NCBI RefSeq assembly: GCF_004010195.1
Contig: NC_057719.1
Span: 46,980,470-47,037,179 of the forward strand
DNA length: 56,710 nt
DNA from: Chiloscyllium plagiosum
Taxonomy: Eukaryota
Direction: 5' to 3'
Made by a program: the position numbers and the translations under genes. Below the pieces are notes generated by a model. That model made no database searches and was not told the origin of the DNA. It saw only the letters and a program-made list of their open reading frames with translations. Position 1 is the stretch's first letter. The number at the start of each line of letters is the position of its first letter. Of this stretch, positions 24,290-36,923 are shown in pieces.

Positions 24290-25786
24290 AATTGAAGCCG
24301 AGACATTAACTGCCTCAATCTGTCTACGCCCCTCCCCCACTCCAACCTCTCACCCTCACAATGCACTGCCCTCCACTCCCTCTGCTCCAATCCTGACCTC
24401 ACCATTAAGCCAGCAGATAAAAGGGGTGCAGTGGTAGTCTGGCGCACTTACCTCGTCACCACTGAAGCCAGACACCAACTCAAAGACACCTCCTCCTACC
24501 ACCCCCTTGACCATGACTCCACCCACCATCACCAAACCGTCATCTCCCAGACCATACATAACCTCATCACCTCAGGAGATCTCCCACCCACAGCTTCCAA
24601 CCTCATAGTCCGGGAACCCCGCACTGCCCAGTTCCACCTCCTTCCCAAGATCCACAAGCCTGACCACCCTGGCCGACCCATTGTCTCAGCATACTCCTGC
24701 CCCACCAAACTCATCTCTACCTACCTCAACACTGTCCTATCCCCCAGTCTAGGAACTCCCCACATACGTTCAAGACACCACCCATGCCCTCCACCTCTTC
24801 CAAGACTTCTGTTTCCCCGGCCCCCAATGCCTCATTTTCACCATGGATATCCAATCCCTCTACACCTCCATCTGCCATGACCAGGGTCTCCAAGCCCTCC
24901 ATTTCTTCCTCTCCCAATGTCCCCAACGTTACCCTTCTGCCGACACTCTCATTTGTTTGGCCGAACTGGTCCTCACCCTCAACAATTTCTCCTTTGAATC
25001 CTCCCACTTCCTCCAGACCAAAGGGGTAGCCATGGGCACACGTATGGGCCCCAGCTATGCCTGTCTATTTGTTGGCTACATAGAACAGTTGATCTTCCGT
25101 AATTACACGGGCACCACTCCCCACCTCTTCCTCCGCTACATTGATGACTGTATTGGCACCACCTCGGGCTCCCGCAAGGAGGTTGAGCAATTCATCAACT
25201 TCACCAACACATTCCACCCTTACCTTAAATTTACCTGGACCATCTCTGACACCTCCTTCCCCTTCCTGGACCTCTCCATCTCCATTAATGATGACCGACT
25301 TGACACCGACATTTTTTACAAACCCACTGACTCCCACAGCTACCTGGATTACACCTCTTCCCACCCTATGTCCTGCAAAAATGCCATCCCGTATTCCCAA
25401 TTCCTCCGCCTCCACCGTATCTGCTCCCAGGAGGACTAGTTCCACCACAGAACATACAAGATGGCCTCCTTCTTTAGAGACCACAATTTCCCTTCTCACG
25501 TGGTTAAAGATGCCCTCCAACACATTTCGTCCACATCCCGCACCTCCGCCCTCAGACTCCACCCCTCCAAACGTAACAAGGACAGAACCCCCATGATGCT
25601 CACCTTCCACCTTACCAACCTTCGCATAAACCAAATCATCTGAGGACATTTCCGCCACCTCCAAACAGACCCCACCACCAGGGATATATTTCCCTCCCCA
25701 CCCCTTTCCGCCTTCCGCAAAGACGTTCCCTCCGGTGACTACCTGGTCAGGTCCACGCCCCCCAACAACCCACCCTCCCATCCTGG
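24290..25786 (+). pseudogene. PLE reverse transcriptase (frameshifts; premature TAG at 25437-25439)
   Basis: ORFs 24431-24880, 24843-25439 and 25461-25643 are consecutive pieces of one PLE RT/thumb. Confidence 0.85.
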
Positions 25787-26136
25787 NNNNNNNNNNNNNN
25801 NNNNNNNNNNNNNNNNNNNNNNNNNNNNNNNNNNNNNNNNNNNNNNNNNNNNNNNNNNNNNNNNNNNNNNNNNNNNNNNNNNNNNNNNNNNNNNNNNNNN
25901 NNNNNNNNNNNNNNNNNNNNNNNNNNNNNNNNNNNNNNNNNNNNNNNNNNNNNNNNNNNNNNNNNNNNNNNNNNNNNNNNNNNNNNNNNNNNNNNNNNNN
26001 NNNNNNNNNNNNNNNNNNNNNNNNNNNNNNNNNNNNNNNNNNNNNNNNNNNNNNNNNNNNNNNNNNNNNNNNNNNNNNNNNNNNNNNNNNNNNNNNNNNN
26101 NNNNNNNNNNNNNNNNNNNNNNNNNNNNNNNNNNNN
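25787..26136. other. Assembly gap (350 N)
   Basis: N run. Confidence 1.
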
Positions 26137-26269
26137 CCTTCCCCCACCCTCCTCCCTGACCTATCACCTTCATCCCCACCTCCATTCATCTATTGTACTC
26201 TATGCTACTTTCTCCTCACCCCAAACCCTCCTATCATTTATCTCTCCATCCTGCAGGCACCCTGCCTCT

Positions 26270-26305
26270 ATTCCTGATGAAGGGCTTTTGCCCGAAACGT
26301 CGATT
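26270..26305 (+). ncRNA. Minimal hammerhead ribozyme motif (family A), intact core
   Basis: attc-CTGATGA-A-GGGC-TTTT-GCCC-GAAA-C-GTC-gatt. Palindromic ACGT helix III; predicted cleavage after 26301. Confidence 0.75.
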
Positions 26306-29300
26306 TTCCTGCTCCTCGGATGCTGCCTGAACTGCTGTGCTTTTCCAGCACCACTCTAATCTAGAATCTGGTTTCCAGCATCTGCAGTCATTGTTTTTAC
26401 CCTGTTACCATCCAGCAGAGTTGCTAGTGACACTGTCGTCATTTTATTGAAAATAAATCAACCAACAAAGCAGCCTCAATGCTGGATACTTTTAAGATGG
26501 AAACAAGAAGTTGCTTTTAGTGAGCCCTTTAAATAATAATGGACATAACAGTTTCACAACTTGTGTAGCCCATGATATGCAAGCTAGGTTGAAGAGTGCC
26601 AATTAACATGAGAATCATCTTGGGATCATAACTGTGTCATGGACCTCATATTTCAATATTTAATTAAACTCCTGTTCTATTTCCAGTGGGATCTTAAACT
26701 GAGGCCACACAGAATCAGAGAAGGTTGATGGTCAGTCATGAGCGTTTCAATTTTAATCTTGCTTTGGCTCTGTTCAATTCATTGCTAACAACTAACCCCA
26801 ATCTCTTAAACAAGGCAGGTGAACATAGATCACCATCTACAAATTGACCAGTGTCTACTTCTTAGCTTGAACAGCGCCAGTAATCCTTAAACTGATTATA
26901 AGTGTGAAAATGAATGAGCCTAAAGCCGTTAAATGAACTGGATTGGCACAATCTAAAAATCTACAGCAACGTAACTTTCAGATCTCAGCTGGTCTCAGTG
27001 GTCCTCAGAGATTGGGAATACAGCCAGAATTCCTGCTCCTGATTGCTATCCCCCTCTGAAAATGCACACGTGAATGATAGATGAGGTCAGGCTGTTGATC
27101 AATACATTCAAATGGGTTGCCAACACTCACCAATGAAGAATAGTTACTGAACTGAGATACAAGAAAGACACTGCATATGAAGTTATATATGGGTTTAATT
27201 TACTCCATTAAGGAGAGGAGATCAAAGGGCAAACAGGAAAAGATGGATAGAGAAAAAGTTAATTTTCAGTCAAGGGTCAATAGGCTGTTTGTAAACATTA
27301 ATGCACTTGTCAGCCTGATGTTAGTGTAACTCATGTGATTACTTTCAATTCTATTGTAATGAAGAGTGTGACTTATTCACCTACATTTGTGAATAGAGAC
27401 AGTGTAAAATTCAGGAAAAAGTTTTACAACTTTGCCTAAAAACATTAGGATGTGTCCATGTGTCTCTTTTATTGATTTTGATAAAATTCCATTAATTTGT
27501 CCTATCAAGTCCAATTTTACATTTTTAAATTCTTTTATTTTACATGCTGTTTCACCTGCCATCGCACTGTAGATAAAGGGTGCATTGTCTGTGTAGACTA
27601 TAACTGCTTCGGATACCAAGGCAAGGCCATCGATCAGATAGCAGGTGCTAATTTGTTTGGGCAAGCAGACAGAATAAATTTGTTGATATTTTACTGGAAG
27701 GCTGACTAAGAGCTATCCAAACAATGTGCATTGCTAAACATAATGGAGAATTTTGGAACTGGACTAATTCAAAGCTCCAATCCCAAGAGGTACAGAAAGA
27801 ACACTTTGACCACTAAAATGAGGCCATTTTAAGTACTTCTTGTCCTCACTGGGTTTAAAAACAAATATAAACAAAAATAAACTCTAAGATTAGTTGGTGT
27901 TCTTATAAAATTCTTTTCCCTGGAAATATTTACAAAATTAAATCATTTGCATTTTGCTCCTTGACTTTCACTTCCGTACCTGGGAGTAGTCAACAACTGA
28001 AATTATCTTGTTTATTTCACTAGTCTTGGCATTTTAATTTCAGTAAAGCTTGCTGGAACTACTTTAGCGATGATGAAGGACAATTATATTACTTTTGTCT
28101 TCTCTGTTCTCCCTTCAGTCAGTGCTGTACCTGAAGAATCATGGTCAAAATCAGAAACTGCCAAGCCCGTGCAAAGTTGAGGTATTGTGGGAGTAGCAAC
28201 TTAAATCAAAGGCATCCCATCCATGGTGCAGTATAATGGCTGAATAATCAATAGACTGCTTGCTTACCATTGTCAGCTATAGTGTGCTCACAGGTTTTCA
28301 CAGCTAATTTGAAGTCTTTACTTTGTTGCTCAAAAAGAGACATATCCAACTGGGGGAAAAGACATACTTCATTAATCTTAAAATGTCTCTGTATTTTTCA
28401 GGCTTCTAATGTATTTGTTTTTTGCTGATAACTTAATGGTTAACATATTTAGATAGCTCTGGTCATTACATTGTTAATGTCATGCTCTGGGACTTGAGCA
28501 AGCTTTTCCCCAGCTAAAGAAACATAAATGTTCAGCTGTGATAGAAGTTTGTGAGTTCTCCTGACATAAATTAAGCTGATATCATCAGAGGACTATAAAA
28601 CTGATTTATTATAAATACTGTTCTCATTTGTTTACAGCTTAAATTCTTTGGTTCTGGTCAATTAGCACATTAGCCATCTCTCAAATTGACAGGTGCTTAA
28701 AAGCATATTACACAAGCTTTCGGGCGTAAAAACACAAAGGAGCAGAACGAAAGTATTTTGCAGAGAAACCAGATATAATGGAGAGAAAATAACCTGCTGC
28801 TACCTCTATGACTGAAACATTTATGCCAAATGAGCACATTTACTTTCTCATAAAGGCAGAAGAGCTATTCTTAAAAAGAAATCTTCACCAATTTCCTTTG
28901 TTGTAAGCCAATTTTTTTGGGAGGAAGGGTGGTGTGGGGAATGGTTATTTTAAAAGCTCGAAGAGTTATCTCATTTTTGAGGATTTGAGATGTGAGACTC
29001 TTAAAGGTTCTTTCTCCACCCACCTTTCCACCTATCACCTACTACCAGTTGTGTGAGGGCCAGCAGAGGTTGAACTCTGTAGATAAAGATCATTTGGGAA
29101 CTAGTACTAGAATCTTAATGCTGATTAAATTAAACTCTCGTTCAATGAACTGGCAAGAGGCCACTTTTTTTTCATTGCACAATGGAATTCAGTGAAAAGT
29201 TAAGGCCAGGCAGCACTGCCTGTCATTTTGTTTTGGTTGCAAAATCACCTTATACTGTACCCTGAGTGAAAGGACTGCATATACACATCTTATTTATTCA

Positions 29301-30924
29301 GCTGGATCCATCAGGGCCCTGTTCCAACATATAAACAGATTTCATAAGTGGTTGCGTTTTCCCCTCCCCAGTGAGATTACCACTTAGGAAAGAGTGTGAT
29401 CGAATTAATGGAAGGCCAGAAATTCCACTTTTAAGGCCAGCCCTGATAGGAACCACATTGCCATTCACTAAAAATGTAGATGAAAAAGGTGATGGATACA
29501 AAAAGAGGCTGACAGTTATTTGACCTCAGGTCTATTATCTCATTATTGAAGCTATGAATCTAAAACATCTGGGTTAGCATTTTGAAACCTTACTCCTTTC
29601 AATCAGAAACTAATTATCTGGCCAATATAGATTAAACAGTAATCCACAATCTACAACGCATGAACTTTTCCCTTTAAGTTGTTTTGAATGCAATTTTTCT
29701 TGTCAGTAGTTTCAACGACGTGTTAAGAGAAGTTAAATATATGCGATTAGAAATACATTCATCACAACTGGATTTGGTACTGAGTCACACAAAGTCAGAA
29801 ATGTATGGTTTACCTGCCCCTGAGGTGTGTCATAATGTGTCCAAACTGGTTGATTTAAAACAAATATAAAACTAGCCACTCTGTGCGACTTAGCACTGGA
29901 GTGTGGGAATTAAACAATTAAAGGAATTCAGAATAGAAAGGGAAAGCAACAACAAAGTAAATTCATACAGCACATCTAATATAATTTTTTTTAATATATA
30001 TATGTATAATGGAAAGGACATGGCCGCTTTGATATAGAACAAGATTTTAGAAAACATAACCAAAACAGGCATTTTTAAGAATGGTTTTAAAGGAGAGGGA
30101 GAGGACAGCTGATGATTTCTGCAAGAAGATGCATGTCTCTAACAGAGTACTCATTAACAGATCGTTGTCTCTTAAAGTTGCACTTTCACTGCCTTGCACT
30201 GCAATATGTTCCAAACTTCTGTCCGGCATTGTTTTAGCGTCCTGTGCTTGCACAGCATTGCTAACCAAAGTAAACTGGAAAAGGACGTTCTTGGACATTG
30301 GCATTAGCTGCTTTGAAGACAGAACAACATAGAGGTAAGCATCAGGACAATCCTTACTTTAAGGATTCCTGCGCGATGGCTGAAAGAGGCATAACATTAG
30401 TAAAATAATTTAAGCTTTTAAACGTTGCTTGTCACTATTGCTAGAACCCTTCCACGTCTACATTTAAATAAGTGACAAATGGTTCTGTCCAATAGAAATC
30501 TTATAAAATCATATCATATTACATTTAATACTATTGGTTCTAGATGGCCATGTAAATCCTAATTCCCTCAATGAACAAGCAAATAGAAAATAGATATAAC
30601 CATTCCATTATGACTATTAATATAAGTGCATTAAATTCTCTTTCAAAAAAGATAACATCTACAATAGTCATAAACAAAATCTAGTAATTTTTGTGCCAGC
30701 ATTCTCTTAGGTGTCTAACCATGGCCTCCTTCCTTCTATGCTAGTCCTCCAGCTATTTGCAACCTAAAGGTTAAACCTCATGTATGCACTACTGCAGATG
30801 ACAAATGGCTTTTAAGCCAGTCTGAGAGTGTAATATCTGACAGGTGTGACTTTGGAGGTTATAGGCAGCAGCAAGATAGATTTTTCTGTCATTGCAGGAA
30901 TCAATGAATCATATTGGACTTCAT

Positions 30925-31458
30925 TAAAAATCACACAACACCAGGTTATAGTCCAACAGGTTTATTTGGAAGTACAAGCTTTTGGAGCGCTGCTTCTTCA
31001 TCAGGTAGCTATGGAGCAGGATCATAAGACACCGAATTTATAGCAAAAGATCACAGTGTCATGCAACTGAAACAATGTATTGAATAAACCTAGATTGTTG
31101 TTAAGTGGTTGCAGGTTTTGGTTCAATACTATGTAAATCCCAGAACATCTTTCCAGTCACATTCGCAAAGTAACTTGAGGTTTTATAAAAAAAGGTGACA
31201 TCTCAGCTCAGACAATGCATTAAAGGTGTGAGGTTAGACTCTATCTGTATCCCAGTCTTGAGTCAGACTGGTTCTATTTCCAAAGTCTGAATTTATAAGA
31301 TGTTACATGTTTTGACTGCCTGCATTGATTGCCTGGAGATTGTGTGCTTTTTAAACAAAATAGAATGTATCTGCAATTGCAATTCTGCAAGTGAAAATTC
31401 ACCCCATAGAATTATTCTTGTGTGTGTACATGAGGGAGCGAGAGCGAGAGAGAGAGAG

Positions 31459-31494
<36 letters not shown>

Positions 31495-31782
31495 TGTGTG
31501 TGGGAGAGAATGAGGGAATGCATGTGAGTGTGATTATGAGTGTGAGTGCATGTGAGCACGTGTGTTTGCATGTGTGCGTGCTTAGCAGAGTGTGTGCATG
31601 AGTGTGATGGAGTATCAGCTTCTGAGAGGGTGTGTGCGTGGGTGTGAGTGTGAGGGCTGTGTATGTGTCTGAGAGAGAGAGCATGTGTATGAGGACTTTT
31701 ATATGTATATGGGGTACTTTTCACACCTCTGATGCATTGTCTGAGCTGAGATGAGATTTTATGAAAAAAGATCACAAGTTAC
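30925..31782 (-). mobile_element. Family-C PLE 3' region with (GA)n/(GT)n tracts and a short inverted piece (~31722-31781 vs ~31170-31230)
   Basis: Homologous to 38485-39300 and to the reverse complement of 39800-40458. Degenerate hammerhead at 30973-31007 (minus). Confidence 0.75.
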
Positions 31783-32322
31783 CGCCATGTAGGTAGCCTA
31801 CAGGAAGTGACACTTGACTGTCCAGGTAGAATCTCAAAAGATACAATCCAGGGCAATTTTTCTTCTGAGGGGAGGACACGCCTTGTGCAATTAATTTTCC
31901 ATATTCCAAAAACAGGCAGCTACTCTTATGATTCAAGCTTCAAATAGCACAAGAGAAGTAGTGGAACGAGAGACAGACAAGCATGTTCAGATACACAGAG
32001 AAAACTTGCCACAGGATGGCTTGTGTTTGTTTATGAAATGGTTGCAATAAATGAAAAAGTACACAGTTTTATTCTCAACTATTTATGGAACTTGTAGTGA
32101 GGTTTACGATTTGAAAAAAACAAAGGTGTCTGTAGTGCAGTGGCATCCTGTAGTGCCTTTAATATAAAGCAACATGACCAGATTCAAAGTAATTGTCCAT
32201 TCAGATCTTGCAACCTCAATGGCATGGAGAAGACTGACAAAGCTACTGGCTCACTTGGCTTGGGACAAACTGTAGTTGCTGATGACATGCCAGCAGAATT
32301 GGTCAAGCACAGGAAACTGACA

Positions 32323-32535
32323 TAGGCAAAAGTGAGGACTGCAGATGCTGGAAACCAGAGTTTAGATTAGAGTGGCACTGGAAAAGCACAGCAGGTCAGG
32401 CAGCATCCAAGGAGCAGGAAAATCAATGTTTCGGGCAAAAGCCTGATGAAGGGCTTTTGTCCTAAACGTTGATTTTCCTGCTCCGCGGATGCTGCCTGAC
32501 CTGCTGTACTTTTCCAGCACCACTCTAATCTAAAC
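32323..32535. mobile_element. Palindromic family-A PLE-end insertion with perfect 15-bp TSD
   Basis: cacaggaaactgaca at 32308-32322 and 32536-32550. Arms invert at ~32442. Confidence 0.88.
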
Positions 32536-32667
32536 CACAGGAAACTGACACACCTAGAGCATCTGCTCAAAATTCTCTGCTGGAGGGAGAGGGCAGTGTC
32601 ACAGGACATGCATGGTACAAAGACTGTGATCCTGTATGAGAACAAGGGCAATGATAGCATATCTAAC

Positions 32668-33527
32668 CAGATTACAACAGGATCTGGACCAGATGGGCTG
32701 AGAAGTGGCAGATGGAGTTTAATTCAGATAAATACGAGGTGCTGCATTTTGGGAAAGCAAATCTTAGCAGGACTTATACAATTAATAGTAAGGTCCTAGG
32801 GTGTGTTGCTGAACAAAGAGACCTTGGAGTACAGGTTCATAGCTCCTTGAAAGTGGAGTCACAGGTAGATAGGATAGTGAAGAAGGCATTTGGTATGCTT
32901 CCCTTTATTGGTCAGAGTATTGAGTACAGGGGTTGGGATGACATGTAGCGGCTGTACAGGACATTGGTTAGGCCACTGTTGGAATATTGTGTGCAGTTCT
33001 GGTCTGCGTCCTATCAGAAGGAAGTTGTGAAACTTAAAAGGGTTCAGAAAAGATTTACAAGGATGTTGCCAGGGTTGGAGGATTTGAGCTATAGGGAGAG
33101 GCTGAACAGGCTGGGGCTGTTTTCCCTGGAGCGTTGGAGATTGGTGGTGACCTTATAGAGGTTTACAAAATCACAAGGGGAATGGATAGGATAAATAGGC
33201 AAAGTCTTTTCCCTGGGGTTGGGGAGTCCAGACTAGAGGGCTTAGGTTCAGGGTGAGAGGGGAAAGATATAAAAGAGACCCACGGGGCAACATTTTCACA
33301 CAGAGGGTGGGACATGTATGGAATGAGCTGCCAGAGGAAGTGGTGGAGGCTGGTACAATTGAACATTTAAGAGGCATTTGGATGGGTATATGAATAGGAA
33401 GGGTTTGGAGGGATATGGGCCAGGTGCTGGCAGGTGGGACTAGATTGGGTTGGGATATCTAGTCAGCATGGACGGGTTGGACCGAAGGGTCTGTTTCTGT
33501 GCTGTACATCTCTATGACTCTATGACT
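32668..33527 (+). mobile_element. CR1 (HER1-type) LINE, 5'-truncated
   Basis: MEFNSDKYEVLHFG, QRDLGVQVHSSLK and VRPLLEYCVQFWS; tail (tctatgac)n. Confidence 0.9.
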
Positions 33528-35049
33528 CATACACTCCCTGGTGAGCATTATGGCAAAACTACTTGCCGCTGTTCCGTGAGTCTGGAGATCCTGACTGAAT
33601 ACATTTACCCTGAAACCCAACATCGGTGTAAGAACTGAAAGGTTTACAATTGACTTTACTTATGAGTCAAGCAGTTACAAAACTAATGCTATGAATAAAA
33701 GTGGCCACTATAAACTGATCTCATTGACCTCACCACTGTATTTGACCATGTGAGCAGAGACAATCTATTTGGATTGCTGGGAAAAACTGGCCACCTGCAG
33801 AAAACATTCAATGTGGTCTTCTCTTTCCATGCCAACATGATTGAATCTCAAAGATGCTGGCATTACCATAGTTGTGCCGAACATGGTTGTGTCCTTGACT
33901 CGACACTCTTTAGCATATTCTTCTCTTTGGTAGTGCCAGCTGCTTTCACATCACCTGCAGGAGGTGTCTATCTACATCCTAAAATGATGGAAAGCTGCTT
34001 ATCCTTGCTTGCTGGAATCCAAGGTAAAGCTGTGTGTTCCTGTCAAAGAGTTACATTATGGCAATGAAGCTGCAGTGAAGTTTTCAATACTCAGGGACAC
34101 CTTCAGCAACCAATAGACTCTCTCACACCTGTAACAATTCTGGGTTTAGCATCAGCTTCAGAAAGACAAATGTCATCTTCCAGGCTGTTGCCATACCACC
34201 ATTTATCAGCATTGACAATGTGACCTTGAAGGTTGTTGATAAGTTCAGATTTCTAGGCTCCACAATCATCACTAATCTGTCATGCAATGCAAAAGTTGTT
34301 ATGTTCAGGAAGAAAGAGAAAGTGTGGTACAAGAGCCACATGACTGACAACACTAAATGCATACATACCAAGCTGGCATCCTTGGTGAAATGTGTAAGAG
34401 AGAAAATTAAACAGATTCCATCTTCTCAGTCTCAGACACATTCTAACATGATATCCTGGCAGGGGGAATACTCATTCCATTAACATACTTATTGCCAATC
34501 CAACAACGTCTGCAAGAAGTTAGCCATATTCATCAGATGGATAACAACCATAAACCCAAAGACCTTCTATGCAATGATTAGGCCACAGTATCATGCCATC
34601 TTGAGCACTTAAACCTCTGCTACAAGAATATGTGCAAGCAAGATAAAAACATGGTGGATATTAACATTGACACCTGGGAGGCAGTCACTGATGGTTGGGA
34701 CCTCTGGAAGTTGACTGTTTGAAGGAGAGGCAAGCAGAAGCAAAACACTCAGCTATGCAAAAAAAGGAGATCGGAGAGAAAGCAGAGGCTACCAAATCTT
34801 GCACACAATCATAGCCCACTGTCTTCATTTACAGCAAATGTGGTAGAGACTACTGCTCCACAGTGAGACCTCTGAGCCACACTGGGCAATGTTTCATGCA
34901 GAGTTGATCACCAAGACAGAAAGCAGTCAGCCATTTCACTTAGAATCATTTTATTGAGCCATTCCCAATCTAACAAAGCTGCAAAAGTGTTACCTTGAAA
35001 TGCCTCTGGTTGTCTCTGACATAATTTGAGGAGAAGCAAATATCTCAAT

Positions 35050-35297
35050 GAGTGGTGCAGCTGCTACAAATGGGAAAAGACCATCATCTAAGGCTTTTTA
35101 GCCAAAACAACTGGGTATACAACCTGGGGCTGCATGTTTGACATGTAATGAACCTTGTCAATTTTAGCAATAATTGTTAATGGAGTGTGTTAAATACAGT
35201 ATTGGCAAAGTGTTTGCATCTTATGTAATATCAACTTTGAATGGTCATGAAATTTACTATCATAAATTTTATAAATAAAGTTTATTTCTTAAAAAAA
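35050..35297 (+). mobile_element. Probable Tx1/L1-type LINE 3' end
   Basis: tgggaaaagaccatc...aataaagtttatttctt followed by an A tract. Confidence 0.4.
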
Positions 35298-35715
35298 GAG
35301 ATGCCTCACTCGCTGTGGCTCCATCCGATTTCCTGACACTCCCAGGCAGCGCACTGTCACAGGGATATGCTTCTCACCTATAAGCCATATGGATGCTTGA
35401 CTATCTTCCTTGGAGAGCTCAGAGTCGGCTAGAATTCTGGAGGATGAATGCATCATGCAGAATGGAGACAATTCTTTGCACACTCTGGACATTCTTTTGG
35501 TGGACCTGTTTTCTATTTCAAAGGTGAAAGGATTAAACAGTAGGAGCTCGAATTGCAACGTACAGCTTATCAAATGCAATCTGGATTTAGTGAAACTTAG
35601 CTTTGAGATTAAATTAGATGGGTCTATCACACGGGTTTTCTTGTTCTCACACCAAATTATTCAAAAACTGTGGCTCGATTGATGGCACTGATCTTATATT
35701 CTCTAGAATATAAGA

Positions 35716-35951
35716 CTCAGGCGACTGTCTGTGTGGAGTTTGCACATTCTCCCCGTGTTTGCGTGGGTTTCCTCTCGGTGCTCCGGTTTCCTCCCAAAGA
35801 TGTGCAGGTCGGGTGAATTGGCTATGCTAAATTGCCCGTAGTGTTAGGTAAAGGGGTAAATGTAGGGGAATGGGTGGGTTACACTTCGGCGGGTCGGTGT
35901 GGACTTGTTGGGCCGAAGGGCCTGTTTCCACACTATAAGTAATCTAATCTA
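35716..35951 (+). mobile_element. HE1-type SINE, 5'-truncated
   Basis: V-domain and (aatct)n tail; lies within old CR1 sequence. Confidence 0.85.
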
Positions 35952-36076
35952 AAAAAAAGAATTTAGAAAGGAGAGGAAATCTTAAAGAAACTTACAAAAT
36001 TCTTAAAAGTGTAGAAAGCTTATGGGTCTTATGGTAATAGATGCAAAAAGGATATTTTCCCTGTTTTTTAGACTAG

Positions 36077-36383
36077 GTTCCCTACAGTGTGAAAACAGGT
36101 CTTTTAGCCCAACCAGTCCACACCGACCCTCCGAAGAGTAATCCACACAGACCCATTTCCCTCTGACTAATGCACCTAACACTATGGGCAATTTAGCGTG
36201 GCCAATTCACCTAACCTGCACATTTTTGGATTGTGGGAGGAAACCGGAGCACCCGGAGGAAACCCACGCAGACAAGGGGAGAACATGCAACCTCCACACA
36301 GACAGTCACCCAAGGCAGGAATTGAACCTGAGTCCCTGGCACAGTGAGGCAGTAGTGCTAACCACTGAGCCACCGTGCCGCCC
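36077..36383 (-). mobile_element. HE1-type SINE, full length
   Basis: Minus strand starts gggcggcacggtggctcagtggttagcac. Confidence 0.88.
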
Positions 36384-36923
36384 ACTGAGCTGAGAGGCAC
36401 GTTCTCCAAATAAGGGGTAGGCCATTTAGGACTAAGACAAGAGTAAGTTCGTCACTCAAAGTTCTTTTTACTCTCCACAGATGTTGCAGGATTTCATTGG
36501 GATGAAGATGCTTCGACTGGTTATCTGACATTGAGAGTTGGAATAAAGGAAACTTGACAATGGGGTATCTCAACTGGAATGGACTAATATACAATTAGAA
36601 ATGAAAAGATATTAGTTTGAAGAAAAACAGCAGATAATGAAGATTAAGGAAAGAAAATATAGAGACAGAGTTTAGGAAATTTGAAAATGAAAGGGAGGTA
36701 TTTCCTGATGCTTCAAGTTATGAGGAGCATGGAGAGGGTAAATAGGCAAGTTCTTTTCGCTCAGCTGGTGGAGTCCAGAATTAGAGAGCATAGGTTTAAG
36801 CTGAGGGGGGTAAAGATATAAAATGGACCTAAGGGGCAACTTTTTTATACAGAGGGTGGTGTGTGTATAGAATGAGCTGTCAGAGGAAGTGTTGAAGGCT
36901 AGTATGATTACAACATTAAAAAG

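Larger units (their letters stand above)
23872..26401 (+). mobile_element. Penelope-like retroelement (Neptune-like), 5'-truncated and disrupted
   Basis: IKPADK, LPKIHKPDHPGRPIVS, MDIQSLYTSI, GVAMGTRMGPSYACLF, RYIDD, FLDLSI and KPTDSHSYL. Candidate TSD cagttaccat/ctgttaccat (23862-23871, 26402-26411). The endonuclease region falls in the N gap. Confidence 0.88.
32215..34910 (+). mobile_element. Decayed RTE-clade LINE, interrupted by a PLE palindrome and a CR1
   Basis: DDMPAELVKH, WRE.AVSQDM..ILYENKG, IYPETQ, HGCVLDSTLFSIFFSL, VVDKFRFLGSTI, and a C-terminal zinc-finger remnant (SKCGRDY..LSHT). Confidence 0.75.

Noticed and set aside
25065..26277. Long ORFs containing X runs (also 46912-47629)
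   Set aside because: Read-through of assembly gaps.
31293..31775. His/Thr-rich ORFs (also 38937-39421)
   Set aside because: Translations of (CA)n/(GA)n microsatellite tracts in PLE 3' regions.
35289..35682. Overlapping ORFs as coding exons (also 27377-27664, 30047-30332, 48235-48582)
   Set aside because: No recognisable protein and no consistent strong splice-site pairs.
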